In this document: piece by piece, positions 17,852 through 26,485 of the stretch
Numbering within the stretch: the stretch's first letter is position 1
Layout of the letters: each line of letters opens with the position of its first letter
Assembly: GCA_001787755.1 (NCBI GenBank)
Contig: MFYJ01000007.1
Coordinates: 146,585 to 210,584 of the forward strand
Source: Candidatus Peribacteria bacterium RIFOXYB1_FULL_54_35
GTDB lineage: Bacteria; Patescibacteriota; Gracilibacteria; Peribacterales; Peribacteraceae
Direction of reading: 5' to 3'
Length of the DNA stretch: 64,000 bases
Made by a program: the position numbers and the translations under genes
Notes under the pieces: model-generated
Database searches by the model: none
What the model saw: only the letters and a program-made list of their open reading frames with translations
Told to the model about the DNA's origin: nothing

Positions 17852-18322
17852 TTAAATTTTGCATATTCTAGAAATTTTGTCAAGTACCCGTTCCGTCCGG
17901 TCACTGTGTTCCGGAAGCTGTCTGCTGAGTACCTGCCTGATGTTGGCCATACTCACCGCTCCTGTCTGGATGATGAGGTCGTACCGCCACGCTTCTCTGT
18001 GCTCTATGTGGAGCTGCGTGTAGTCCGGGTAACGCTGGAACCAGAATCCAAGGAGGGTCTTCCAGGGGAAGAATTCGGAGTCGAGCTGCACCCCTTCTTC
18101 CAGGAGGTAGATGGTCTTCACCGTGGGTTCACGACGCAGCGAAAGGAAGTAGTACACGCATGTGGACATGATCATGAGAATGACGAGGCCCCACGAATCG
18201 CTCTTGAGACCGTAGAGGATCATGAGCAGGACGAACGTGATGGCGAGGATGTACCAGAGCGCTGATCGCTCGTGTTTTGGCCGCGTGCGTGCTCGCCAGG
18301 TGAGGAGGGGTTCGTGTTCCAT
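17852..18322 (-). CDS. small membrane protein (two predicted TM helices)
   Basis: 156 aa. Hydrophobic stretches ALWYILAITFVLLMILYGL and WGLVILMIMSTCVYYFL. Tightly coupled to the giant ORF downstream. Confidence 0.7.
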   Translation of the reverse strand: MEHEPLLTWRARTRPKHERSALWYILAITFVLLMILYGLKSDSWGLVILMIMSTCVYYFLSLRREPTVKTIYLLEEGVQLDSEFFPWKTLLGFWFQRYPDYTQLHIEHREAWRYDLIIQTGAVSMANIRQVLSRQLPEHSDRTERVLDKISRICKI

Positions 18323-18419
18323 GGGTATGTGTGTGTAAAATCCTTATATTCTAGCGCAAAAAGGCGTTTTTAACCACGGGCAGAACTTGTCAAAAATTTT
18401 AATATATATTCTTGTATGA

Positions 18420-18543
18420 GAAGTCAGTAGACAGAAGGGAGAAGCCAGTAGGCAGAAGTCAGAAGTCAGTACTGCCCATTGTTTTCCCGTTCAGGGTCTG
18501 AGGACCTCTCAGGTCTCGAACGACTGATTTCTGTCTTCTCGTC
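18420..18543. repeat. GWAGNCA-heptamer hairpin element (family with 21725 and 61093)
   Basis: Eight tandem heptamers GAAGTCA GTAGACA GAAGGGA GAAGCCA GTAGGCA GAAGTCA GAAGTCA GTACTGC. A short complementary arm CGACTGATTTCTGTCTTCTCGTC follows. Confidence 0.8.
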
Positions 18544-18552
18544 ATGGATGCT

Positions 18553-19734
18553 TCAATCCACCAGAAGCAGCAGGCTCTTTAGGTACTCGCTCTCCGGATG
18601 GCAGATATTCACCGGATGATCGAAGGCCGAACGGTTGCGCTGGATGATGCGCACCCGCCGTTTTGCTTCCTTACTCGCGTGGAAGAGAATGGTCTGGAAG
18701 AGGTCTGCGTCCACGTGGTTGGAGCAGGAGCAGGTGAGGAGGAGGCCCCCGGGAGGAAGGTGTGCGAGTGCCAGGCGGTTCAAAGCCTGGTAGCCGCGGA
18801 CCGCGCGTTCCACGCTGCTGCTTCGCTTTGCGAAAGCGGGGGGATCGAGAATGATGAAGCCGTAGGGACGGGGGAGCGTGTGACGGCTCAAGAATTCGAA
18901 AGCGTCCTCTGCATAGCTTAAGTTGGCAGCTTCGTCGAAGCCGTTTAAGCGGAGATTCTTCTCCCCGAGCGCGAGTGCCTCTGCGGATACGTCCACCGCA
19001 TCTGCCGCGACTGCGCCGCCCGCGAGCGCCGCCACCGTGAACCCGCCGGTGTAGGCGAAGCAGTTGAGGAGCGTCCGCCCGTGAGCGATATCGCGGACGA
19101 GGCGGCGCATCTCCCGCTGGTCGAGGAAGAAGCCCGTCTTCTGCGAGTCGCGGAAGCTCACGAGAAACCGAAGGCCGTTCTCCCGGATTTCCACCGGTTC
19201 TCCCACCGTGCCGTGGAGGATTCCTTCGGATTCCGGCAGTCCCTCGCTCGCTCTGGCCGGACCGCCGGATTTCTCGTACACGGCAGCCGGCTTTATGTGC
19301 GTGAGGAGTGTCTCGAGGACGAGGGATTTTAAGCGCTCCATCCCGAGCGTGCTCACCTGCAGCACCAGTACGTCGCCGTAGCGGTCCACGATGAGCCCCG
19401 GCAGCATGTCTCCCTCGCTGTTCACCAGGCGGTATGCCGTCGTTTCCTCCGTATCGATGAGTCCCTTCCGCAGGTCGCAGGCGCGCACGATATTTTCGCG
19501 GATCGCTTCCCGCGGATCGCCGCGCCCAAAGGAGACCATGCGTGCGCAGAGCGAGCAGCCGCGGTGAAAGTACGCGTAGCCGAGATGCGTGCCTTCGTGG
19601 GTGCGGACTTCCGCGAGCGATCCGTCCGGTGCATCCGGGAATTCTTCTATCGCGCCGAGGAAGAGCCAGTGATGGAAGTTGCGGACGGCCTTCTCGCGGC
19701 CGGGTTTCAGGCGCAGGACGGGATACTTTTCCAC
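18553..19734 (-). CDS. rlmI: class I SAM-dependent 23S rRNA (cytosine-C5) methyltransferase RlmI-like (PUA + MTase)
   Basis: 393 aa. N-terminal PUA-like region, then LNCFAYTGGFTVAAL and IILDPPAFAK motifs. Confidence 0.85.
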   Translation of the reverse strand: MEKYPVLRLKPGREKAVRNFHHWLFLGAIEEFPDAPDGSLAEVRTHEGTHLGYAYFHRGCSLCARMVSFGRGDPREAIRENIVRACDLRKGLIDTEETTAYRLVNSEGDMLPGLIVDRYGDVLVLQVSTLGMERLKSLVLETLLTHIKPAAVYEKSGGPARASEGLPESEGILHGTVGEPVEIRENGLRFLVSFRDSQKTGFFLDQREMRRLVRDIAHGRTLLNCFAYTGGFTVAALAGGAVAADAVDVSAEALALGEKNLRLNGFDEAANLSYAEDAFEFLSRHTLPRPYGFIILDPPAFAKRSSSVERAVRGYQALNRLALAHLPPGGLLLTCSCSNHVDADLFQTILFHASKEAKRRVRIIQRNRSAFDHPVNICHPESEYLKSLLLLVD

Positions 19735-19795
19735 GGGAGTACCTTAGCGGGTGTCGGCTTCGATGGCTACGGGTTGCGAGGGAGAACAGGTACGA

Positions 19796-19829
19796 CAAAA
19801 ACCCGGCCTTTCCAGGGGTCGGGTTTTTT
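19796..19829 (-). terminator. intrinsic terminator (bidirectional shape) after the 450-aa ORF
   Basis: AAAAACCCGGCCTTTCCAGGGGTCGGGTTTTTT: a GC stem flanked by an A-run and a T-run. Confidence 0.75.
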
Positions 19830-19892
19830 GCTCCCTCAGGGTGAACGGCCGACGAAGAGGGGGAGCTCTCCGCCGCCGTTGATCGCGATTGA

Positions 19893-21245
19893 TCAGTTGA
19901 TTTCGGTCAGGGCCACCCGCTTGCCTCCGCTGTCGGCGCTCAGGCGGTGGGCGAGGATGGCGCGCAGGCTGCGCATCCCGTTCGTCCGGAAGTCTGCGAC
20001 GGGTTGTAGCATGTGCTGCGGGAGGAATCCTTCCTCGGCGATGGCGAGCTTGCGTTCTGTTGCCACTTGACCGAGGACGGCCCGCAGGCAGTTCTCACCC
20101 ATGTTCGGCCAGCATGTCGGCATGTGGCCCGGCGGCTCGAACTGCAGATCTTCCTCTGCCACCGGTCCAAACGCCTCTTGGCCGAACTCCACCTGCTCCC
20201 AGTGGGTCGGGTCGTTCAGGTGGGGCTTCTTGACCTTGACCCTGCTCACGAACACGGAGTCGCCGCCGCACCGGCCCATGTTCCAGTAGTAACCCACGGG
20301 CTGGTTGTCTTCCGCATACGACGGGACTTTCAGGTACACCCACAGTTCGTCCGGCCGCGCGGTTGGCTTGGTCTGGTCCACGCACATCGTCGACTCGACC
20401 AGCGGATCGGGGAACTCGACGCGGGCGAACCCTCCGCTGATGACGCGCGCGTATGCCCCTCCGAGGGCGCGTTGCACGTACGCGTCGAACACCGCCTGGA
20501 CTTCCAGTCCGAGGATGAACTCGAGCAGGTCTTCGACGTGCCACTCGAGGTCAAACAGCGTGCAGTTCTCGTCGTCCGCTCTGCCCAGAAATTGCCGCGA
20601 CACACGGTCGCTGCACATCCAGGGCTGGAAGAAACCGCCGCGCAGCAGCCGCTTGCGTTTCTGCAGCCTCGCCTTCATGGCTTTGTGCCGCAGGAACATC
20701 ACGGCGTTGCAGTACCGGTGGTTCTGCATGACCCAGAACCGCAGCGCCGGGTCGGCATCCAGCAGTGCCAGGATCGCGCGCCCGTCTGCCATGTTGTTGA
20801 CGGCGGGCTTATCCGTCATCCCGAACCTGCCGCCGTTTCCGAAGAAGTTCGCGGCCACTTCGGCATGGTACTTGGTCGCGACGGCCATGCAGCCCAGCAC
20901 CTGATCCGGACCATGCGCCTCGACGGCTTTCTTCACCAGTCGGCCGTACTTCGGGGAGATTTCGATCCCGTTGTGGTCGGCGAAGCTGGTCCACTTGTGG
21001 CGCGCGCACTCGCTGGCGATTGGAGACGGTGCCCAGAAACCGAGTTTCATCTCACGGATTCTCTGGATCGCGCGTTCCCAGAGCACCCGTCCGATGAACG
21101 AGCCGTCCCAGCCGCCTTCTTCGCCTTCCGGAGTGCCATCGACACCGCCGGCGAGGCACACAGTTGTTGCCAGAGGAGCCAAAAGCCTCCTCACATGTTT
21201 GGTTGGGACATGGTCCCAACAGCGAGTTAGTCTCATCGTTCTCAT
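19893..21245 (-). CDS. hypothetical protein (450 aa), strongly G/C-ending codons
   Basis: Long ORF with no recognisable motifs. Several shadow ORFs of 60 aa or more cover the same span, consistent with locally higher GC. Confidence 0.65.
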   Translation of the reverse strand: MRTMRLTRCWDHVPTKHVRRLLAPLATTVCLAGGVDGTPEGEEGGWDGSFIGRVLWERAIQRIREMKLGFWAPSPIASECARHKWTSFADHNGIEISPKYGRLVKKAVEAHGPDQVLGCMAVATKYHAEVAANFFGNGGRFGMTDKPAVNNMADGRAILALLDADPALRFWVMQNHRYCNAVMFLRHKAMKARLQKRKRLLRGGFFQPWMCSDRVSRQFLGRADDENCTLFDLEWHVEDLLEFILGLEVQAVFDAYVQRALGGAYARVISGGFARVEFPDPLVESTMCVDQTKPTARPDELWVYLKVPSYAEDNQPVGYYWNMGRCGGDSVFVSRVKVKKPHLNDPTHWEQVEFGQEAFGPVAEEDLQFEPPGHMPTCWPNMGENCLRAVLGQVATERKLAIAEEGFLPQHMLQPVADFRTNGMRSLRAILAHRLSADSGGKRVALTEIN

Positions 21246-21724
21246 CCTTAAAAGTCGTGTCCTTCGAACACCATGAGTTCCTGCATACTCAGCAGAAACT
21301 CAACAACATACCACGAAGCATGAGCCACAGCGCTGAACTGGTTCAAGCTTCTTCTATCGTTGGTTCTGGTTGATGTGCCGATTCATTCTCTCTTCCTCCA
21401 CTTGTTCCTTGACTACTGTGGGGGTGAGAGAACAAAAGCAGGCGATCACTCAGGTGCTACAGGGCAGAAAACACTTCTGCCGAACGGACGATGTGTCCAT
21501 TCTTCCAATCTGTAACCCATCGACATTGGCGCACTAGGCACTTCCTTCCCATTGTGGAATGGGCAATGCACAGAGTGCCAATGTGATGGAGATTGGTATC
21601 AATCGCGGTGATGTGAGAGAGCATTCCTGCTTCGGCCAACCCTCCGAAATTTTCAGAGAGCTTGTGGCCAAGGCAGGAGGCGGATTTTCTGCGTGTATGG
21701 TTTGGTTGTCAACCATGTTGTTTT

Positions 21725-21786
21725 GGAAGGCAGAAGACAGAAGCCAGTGGGCAGTAATTCTCAACTGCCTTCTGTCTTCTGCCTCC
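21725..21786. repeat. GAAGNCA-heptamer hairpin
   Basis: GGAAGGCAGAAGACAGAAGCCAGTGGGCAG pairs with CTGCCTTCTGTCTTCTGCCTCC. The left arm carries a one-heptamer bulge. Confidence 0.85.
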
Positions 21787-21820
21787 TCGTCAATACACTT
21801 CAGCAAGGTAACAAGCTTCA

Positions 21821-21850
21821 CCCTTCGACTCGTTCCGCTCGCTCAGGGCG
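21821..21850. repeat. REP-like core CCCTTCGACTCG..CGCTCGCTCAGGGC
   Basis: 28 of 30 nt identical to 53592-53621. Related cores occur at 26401-26440, 42049-42085, 23715-23737 and, inverted, at 34102-34122. Confidence 0.8.
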
Positions 21851-21874
21851 AGTCCTGTTTTAGACATGAACACC

Positions 21875-23665
21875 TCAGTAGACTTCACCGAGGTAGCAGG
21901 TCTCGCAGTACACCGTCTCCGGTCTCTCCGGGCTGTACGTTGTCTGGATCTCTCTGCCGCATTTGGCGCACTTGCGCTTCCAGAATTTCCGGGGGTTGCG
22001 CAGATGAAAGCGGTCTAAGTGGCGCTGGAACCAGTGGCGGCGGGGGATGGGGAGCTTCTGCTCCCTGTAGAACGCGAGTTCCTGCGGCTGGATTTTGAAC
22101 GGCCGTCCTGTCACCTCGCAGCGGATGGCCCAGTGCAGGACATCATCCGGAATGTCTCTGGTGCTGTCGGGGAGCTTCCCGGCATCGATGATTTTCTCCA
22201 CTGCAGGCAGCTGTGGTTCTTCGTCGTCCCAGGTCCAGTGCTCCGCGAGGACATCTTTCTTTTTGAGCGGGTAGTACATCTGTGCCGTTGTCTTGTTGTA
22301 CCCGAAGAGGGACATTTCCACGGGCAGGAATTCCCCCCATTCATACCCCGCGAAGCTCCCCGAAGGGGAGCGGAGTGGGGTCTGCCCCTCCGTAGCTCCG
22401 AAGGAGCGAAGGGGGGTCTTTTGCATGTGCACAATCAGCCTTGGGACGAGCTGTTCGTACACTTCTTTGGTGTACTGCCTGTTTAGGATGCAGTATGAGG
22501 CATGGGTCATGTTGGCGCAGCCAAAACAGTTCTTCGCATTCTCCATGTACCAGCAGTACAGGAGGTCGCTGCAGCTCACGTTTCCGCCGAGCGTGAAGAG
22601 GAGGTGGTAGCTGTTCTCGCCGGAGATCGTGCACTCGAGTGACTCATGTAAATTCAGGCCGTACTGGTAGATGTCGTACACGTTCTTCGCGCCTGTGACG
22701 ACCTGGTAGCAGAACTTGCCGTGCTCCACGTTCTCACAGTCGAAGCTCGCGTGGGTATCCTTGCAGTGCACGAGGTAGTCGCCCGCGCAGTTCTCCGTAT
22801 TGTGCCCGTGGAACTCCTTGAACGTGTGCTTCTTTTCTATTTCTCTGCGCCGCGCTCTGCACTCCTGGTACGTTTTGAACGACTGCAGATCGATTCCCTG
22901 CGTGCGCTCCCGGTACTCCTCCTTCGTCAGTTGCTCATTCTCAAAGCAGTACTCTTTGTTGCGAAGTCCGGTGCAGAGGAAGCAGCTCTTGCATCCTATG
23001 CAGTCGCGCAGGAACGCACCCGAGTGGCAGTTGATGCAGTCCTGGCAGTGCGTGAGGCCGTAGGAGCCGTGACAGTCCACGCAGTCGTACAGAAGTTCGC
23101 ACTGGAGGTTGTAGAAGCCGTCCACGCACGATCGGTTGTGCTTGAAGCCGTAGCCGTACATGCAGTCCTCGCAGAAGTCCGCGTGCATGATGAGGTAGCT
23201 GTTCTTGCTGCTCCCGGCGTAGTGAATGTAATCGCAGTTCTGCAGTTCGCCCTGCACGTCGAGCGCGAGGGAGGGGACAGAGCGCTTGAGTGCCGTGAGT
23301 TGTTCAAAGAACGGTCTGGTGAAATCTATCTCGCGCCCGTACGAGAGTGCGTTCCATTTGTCGCTGTGCCAGCACTCGTGGCAGTAATAGGGGACAGAGC
23401 TCGATTGGGGAAATTGCGAGAGAGTTCTCTTTCTGCAGAGGCCGCACGTGCCGGGATACAGATTAAATTCATTGCAGAACGCAAGGCGCCTCTGCTGCCG
23501 GCAGTCCGGGCAGAGCGAAGGTGCGGGGATGGCGTACTTCGTTCCGCGGATCACCGGGGAAACCTGGTCGTAGAAGGCAAGGTCTTCGGGAGTGACTTCG
23601 AAGGGTGCGGAACAGTGGGCGCAGGCCTGCCTGCCGGAGCCTTGGCGGAGGTTGGGTTTCTGCAT
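21875..23665 (-). CDS. cysteine-rich protein with many CxxC pairs (zinc-ribbon-rich family common in CPR genomes)
   Basis: 596 aa. N- and C-terminal ribbons (CAHC...CPDC; CAKC...CETC) and a central block of repeated C-x2-C / C-x-D-C motifs. Confidence 0.8.
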   Translation of the reverse strand: MQKPNLRQGSGRQACAHCSAPFEVTPEDLAFYDQVSPVIRGTKYAIPAPSLCPDCRQQRRLAFCNEFNLYPGTCGLCRKRTLSQFPQSSSVPYYCHECWHSDKWNALSYGREIDFTRPFFEQLTALKRSVPSLALDVQGELQNCDYIHYAGSSKNSYLIMHADFCEDCMYGYGFKHNRSCVDGFYNLQCELLYDCVDCHGSYGLTHCQDCINCHSGAFLRDCIGCKSCFLCTGLRNKEYCFENEQLTKEEYRERTQGIDLQSFKTYQECRARRREIEKKHTFKEFHGHNTENCAGDYLVHCKDTHASFDCENVEHGKFCYQVVTGAKNVYDIYQYGLNLHESLECTISGENSYHLLFTLGGNVSCSDLLYCWYMENAKNCFGCANMTHASYCILNRQYTKEVYEQLVPRLIVHMQKTPLRSFGATEGQTPLRSPSGSFAGYEWGEFLPVEMSLFGYNKTTAQMYYPLKKKDVLAEHWTWDDEEPQLPAVEKIIDAGKLPDSTRDIPDDVLHWAIRCEVTGRPFKIQPQELAFYREQKLPIPRRHWFQRHLDRFHLRNPRKFWKRKCAKCGREIQTTYSPERPETVYCETCYLGEVY

Positions 23666-23817
23666 GAGGATTTCGAGTATACAGCGGGAAACAGGAAGCG
23701 ATAAGCGGTACGCATCCTTCGTCAGGCTCAGGATGACATGCTTTCTGCTTCCTGCTCTCCGCTCGAATGTGCAGGATTTTATGGCAGGAACTTGCAGTTA
23801 TCTTATAGTGGGGCGCT

Positions 23818-24609
23818 ATGCATAGTTTGCATTACAGTGCCTGGGACGAACTTTCTTTCTACGAAGAACACCAGGGGGACATACTTCCTCACATAGAGAG
23901 CCATCTCAGAACACGCCCGCTGGGTTGCGAGATACGTACCGAAGGACTTGAACACACACCACTCAGCGAAGAGCAGATCCGGGCGGCACTTGGTGCATTT
24001 CCGGAAAGTTGCGATCAGCGCACGCGGCTTGTGAGAGTACTGGGGAGATCCTCCGCTCAGGCAGGACTCAAGCAGGACGGCAGTCCATACCCCACATTTT
24101 CTACGTATGAAATCTCTGATCCGGGGAAGGGGGTTGAATTCCATGTGGTTCTGAACGCTCTCGATGAAATACCGTCTTCAGACGAGGCGAAGATGATTGC
24201 GCACTACTGTGGCGTCTTCCACGGCGCGTGCCGGGGGCTGCTGACAACACGCGTCTATGCTTTCCGCAATTGGCCCGGTGATCCTCCTCCACACGTTCTC
24301 AGGTTTCCTGACGGAGGAACCTATCCCCTCGTGGAAGCATTGCGCGCGTACCGCACCGTTGCCGTTCAATATCCTCCTCTCACGAGAGGCCTGACGGGAT
24401 ACACAGATCACTTTTACCATCCTTTCCCGGGGAATGATGATGCCTGGTCGCAGCACTGTTGCTACCATCTTGCGGAGGCCGTTGCCGCTCACTACGTTGG
24501 TGCGGCTCTCGATCACAATAACCAAGGGAAATTGAATCCGCTGGACGAAAGACCCGATCAGAGGGAATTCGTGGAGAGGTTCCTTCGGGCAACAGTGGTG
24601 GAAGCATGA
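23818..24609 (+). CDS. hypothetical protein (263 aa)
   Basis: Clean ORF divergent from the Cys-rich gene. No motif recognised. Confidence 0.55.
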   Translation: MHSLHYSAWDELSFYEEHQGDILPHIESHLRTRPLGCEIRTEGLEHTPLSEEQIRAALGAFPESCDQRTRLVRVLGRSSAQAGLKQDGSPYPTFSTYEISDPGKGVEFHVVLNALDEIPSSDEAKMIAHYCGVFHGACRGLLTTRVYAFRNWPGDPPPHVLRFPDGGTYPLVEALRAYRTVAVQYPPLTRGLTGYTDHFYHPFPGNDDAWSQHCCYHLAEAVAAHYVGAALDHNNQGKLNPLDERPDQREFVERFLRATVVEA

Positions 24610-24649
24610 TGTGGGCGGCAGCGCAAAATATTGCCCGACAGATGCGATT

Positions 24650-25564
24650 CTATTGAGCGGGAAGGATGCCTGTTTCATGTAATGTTGTTTGCCATCGTGC
24701 GCGATTGGGAGGACTCATCTGTGTCATGGGCAAACGGAAGACTTCACCGCATTTACCACGCATTGCTTGCGCTGTTTTCACAGGGATTGGGTTTGTTTCC
24801 ATGAAACATCCTTTCATCAGCGGGAGTAGTTCGTTGTACAGTCGCCGTGCTTCTTCGTAATCGCCCCGTTGAAGCGCCGCCACCATTGCATGCGTTTGTT
24901 CAGGGGCGATATTCGAGAGTACGGAGATGACGCCATCTCCGCCATGAGACATGAGAGCATAGGTCATGTTGTCGTCTCCGGAGAGTACAAGGAAGCCCTC
25001 TCGTGTCCGCCGGATAACGTCCACCATTTGACTGAGGTCACCACTTGCTTCTTTGACGCCTATCACATTGGGGTGGTCATCACTAATGCGCAGCAGCGTA
25101 TCAGTTTCTAAATTGACGACAGTGCGGCCTCTGATGTTATACAGAATCATCGGCATCTCTGGTTCAGATTCTGCAATTGCACCAAAATGCTGGCGCATAC
25201 CTTCCTGTGTCGGCTTGTTGTAGTACGGGTTCACGAGGAGTACGCCGTTGACACCGTTGCGGGCAGCTTGTCGCGTGAGGTCAATAGATTCCTGTGTCGC
25301 ATTCGTACCGGTTCCTTCCAGAACGGGCACCTGTTCCTGAACCTGACGCAGGACAAAACGAGAGATCTCTCCATGTTCCCTCTGTGAGAGGGCAGGGCTT
25401 TCTCCCGTTGTCCCTGCAAGTAAGATCGCATTGCCAGCTTGCATTTGCTCTTCGACAAGCATGCTGAGCGCATCGAAGTCTATGGGAGGATGCCCCTTTG
25501 CTTCCTTAAAAGGAGTGATGAGAGCAGTCGTCGTTCCAAGTGTCTCGCGATTGAGTTCCGGCAT
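24650..25564 (-). CDS. dapA: 4-hydroxy-tetrahydrodipicolinate synthase
   Basis: TALITPF, LLAGTTGESPALS and the YNIRGRT pattern. Start set to the ATG at 25564 (MPELNRE...). Confidence 0.9.
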   Translation of the reverse strand: MPELNRETLGTTTALITPFKEAKGHPPIDFDALSMLVEEQMQAGNAILLAGTTGESPALSQREHGEISRFVLRQVQEQVPVLEGTGTNATQESIDLTRQAARNGVNGVLLVNPYYNKPTQEGMRQHFGAIAESEPEMPMILYNIRGRTVVNLETDTLLRISDDHPNVIGVKEASGDLSQMVDVIRRTREGFLVLSGDDNMTYALMSHGGDGVISVLSNIAPEQTHAMVAALQRGDYEEARRLYNELLPLMKGCFMETNPIPVKTAQAMRGKCGEVFRLPMTQMSPPNRARWQTTLHETGILPAQ

Positions 25565-25668
25565 GTTGGCAGAGGGGCAGAATGGCTGCAGTCTTCCGCA
25601 GGTGCTGCCTTCTTCGAAACAAATCGAGAAATAATGATAAATATATACTTTTTTGTTATGTTTATAAC

Positions 25669-26313
25669 ATGCTGAAACTTGCAGACGCACTCGGTGAGAT
25701 CGTAGCTGGCAATCCGCTGCTTCAATTCGGGTTGCAACATCGTCTTCTCAATCTCTCGAAAACTGCGTCGTACCTCTGTCCATTGATTGCCGTCAAAACA
25801 AAGAAGGATGTCCAAGAGAGCACGGTACACATGGCACTATCTCGTTTGCAGCGTAGTTCGCGAAAGAAGGGATTACATCGTGAAGAATATGAGTTCAAAC
25901 AAATCACCATGCAGACTGGTCTTTCCACATACACGTTTACGCGTACCGAGGCAGCACATGCCGGGGTACACAAGTTGTACGACGAGGTGCAATGCCGCAA
26001 TGGATACATGACGATCAGCCAGGGAGCGCATCAAATAACCATCATCATTGAATCTGGGTATGCAGCGAGCGTGAAGAAACATGTCACGCAACGTCCGCGT
26101 TTCATCCATGAGAATGTCTCGTCGGTTGGCATCACGTTCGATGAGAAGTATCTGCAAATTCCAGGGCTCATCTACATCGTCATGCAACAATTGATGCTCC
26201 TCAATATCAACATCATTGAAGTGAGTTCCACATGCACAGAGCTTGTTGTATACATTGATGATGCGGATATTCAGTCGGCATTTGAAGCGTTGCACTATTT
26301 GTTTGTGAAATGA
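25669..26313 (+). CDS. ACT-domain protein (aspartokinase regulatory-domain-like)
   Basis: 214 aa from the ATG at 25669. The C-terminal NIIEVSSTCTELVVYIDDADIQSAFEAL resembles ACT domains. Function uncertain. Confidence 0.6.
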   Translation: MLKLADALGEIVAGNPLLQFGLQHRLLNLSKTASYLCPLIAVKTKKDVQESTVHMALSRLQRSSRKKGLHREEYEFKQITMQTGLSTYTFTRTEAAHAGVHKLYDEVQCRNGYMTISQGAHQITIIIESGYAASVKKHVTQRPRFIHENVSSVGITFDEKYLQIPGLIYIVMQQLMLLNINIIEVSSTCTELVVYIDDADIQSAFEALHYLFVK

Positions 26314-26329
26314 GGTGTGAGTCGAGGCG

Positions 26330-26374
26330 CTTCACACCAAAAGCGCGAGTCACGTCGCTCGCGAGCGACGTGAC
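26330..26374 (-). terminator. intrinsic terminator downstream of the tRNA-Val locus
   Basis: Perfect 26-nt palindrome GTCACGTCGCTCGCGAGCGACGTGAC (26349-26374), followed on the minus strand by TCGCGCTTTTGG. Confidence 0.7.
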
Positions 26375-26382
26375 GAGTCGGA

Positions 26383-26402
26383 TGGTGGGTAGCACTGGAT
26401 TC
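26383..26402 (-). repeat. duplicate of the last 20 nt of tRNA-Val (T-loop to CCA)
   Basis: TGGTGGGTAGCACTGGATTC is identical to 26486-26505. It is separated from the intact tRNA by 83 nt. Confidence 0.95.
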
Positions 26403-26485
26403 CCTTCGTCTCATTCGACTGAGGCGAATTCGCTCAGGACAGGCTTCTCATCCAGTTGCAGATACAACTCTTCATATTGTTTGTG

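Noticed and set aside
18361-18410. TTGACA and TAGAAT hexamers on the minus strand upstream of the membrane-protein/giant-gene operon as a sigma-70 promoter
   Set aside because: The spacing between the two hexamers is about 34 nt, and no properly spaced partner exists for either, so no promoter is called.
18420-18475. Tandem short repeats as a CRISPR array
   Set aside because: The units are 6-8 nt and directly abut one another, with no spacers. No cas genes are present, and each array is matched by an inverted arm.
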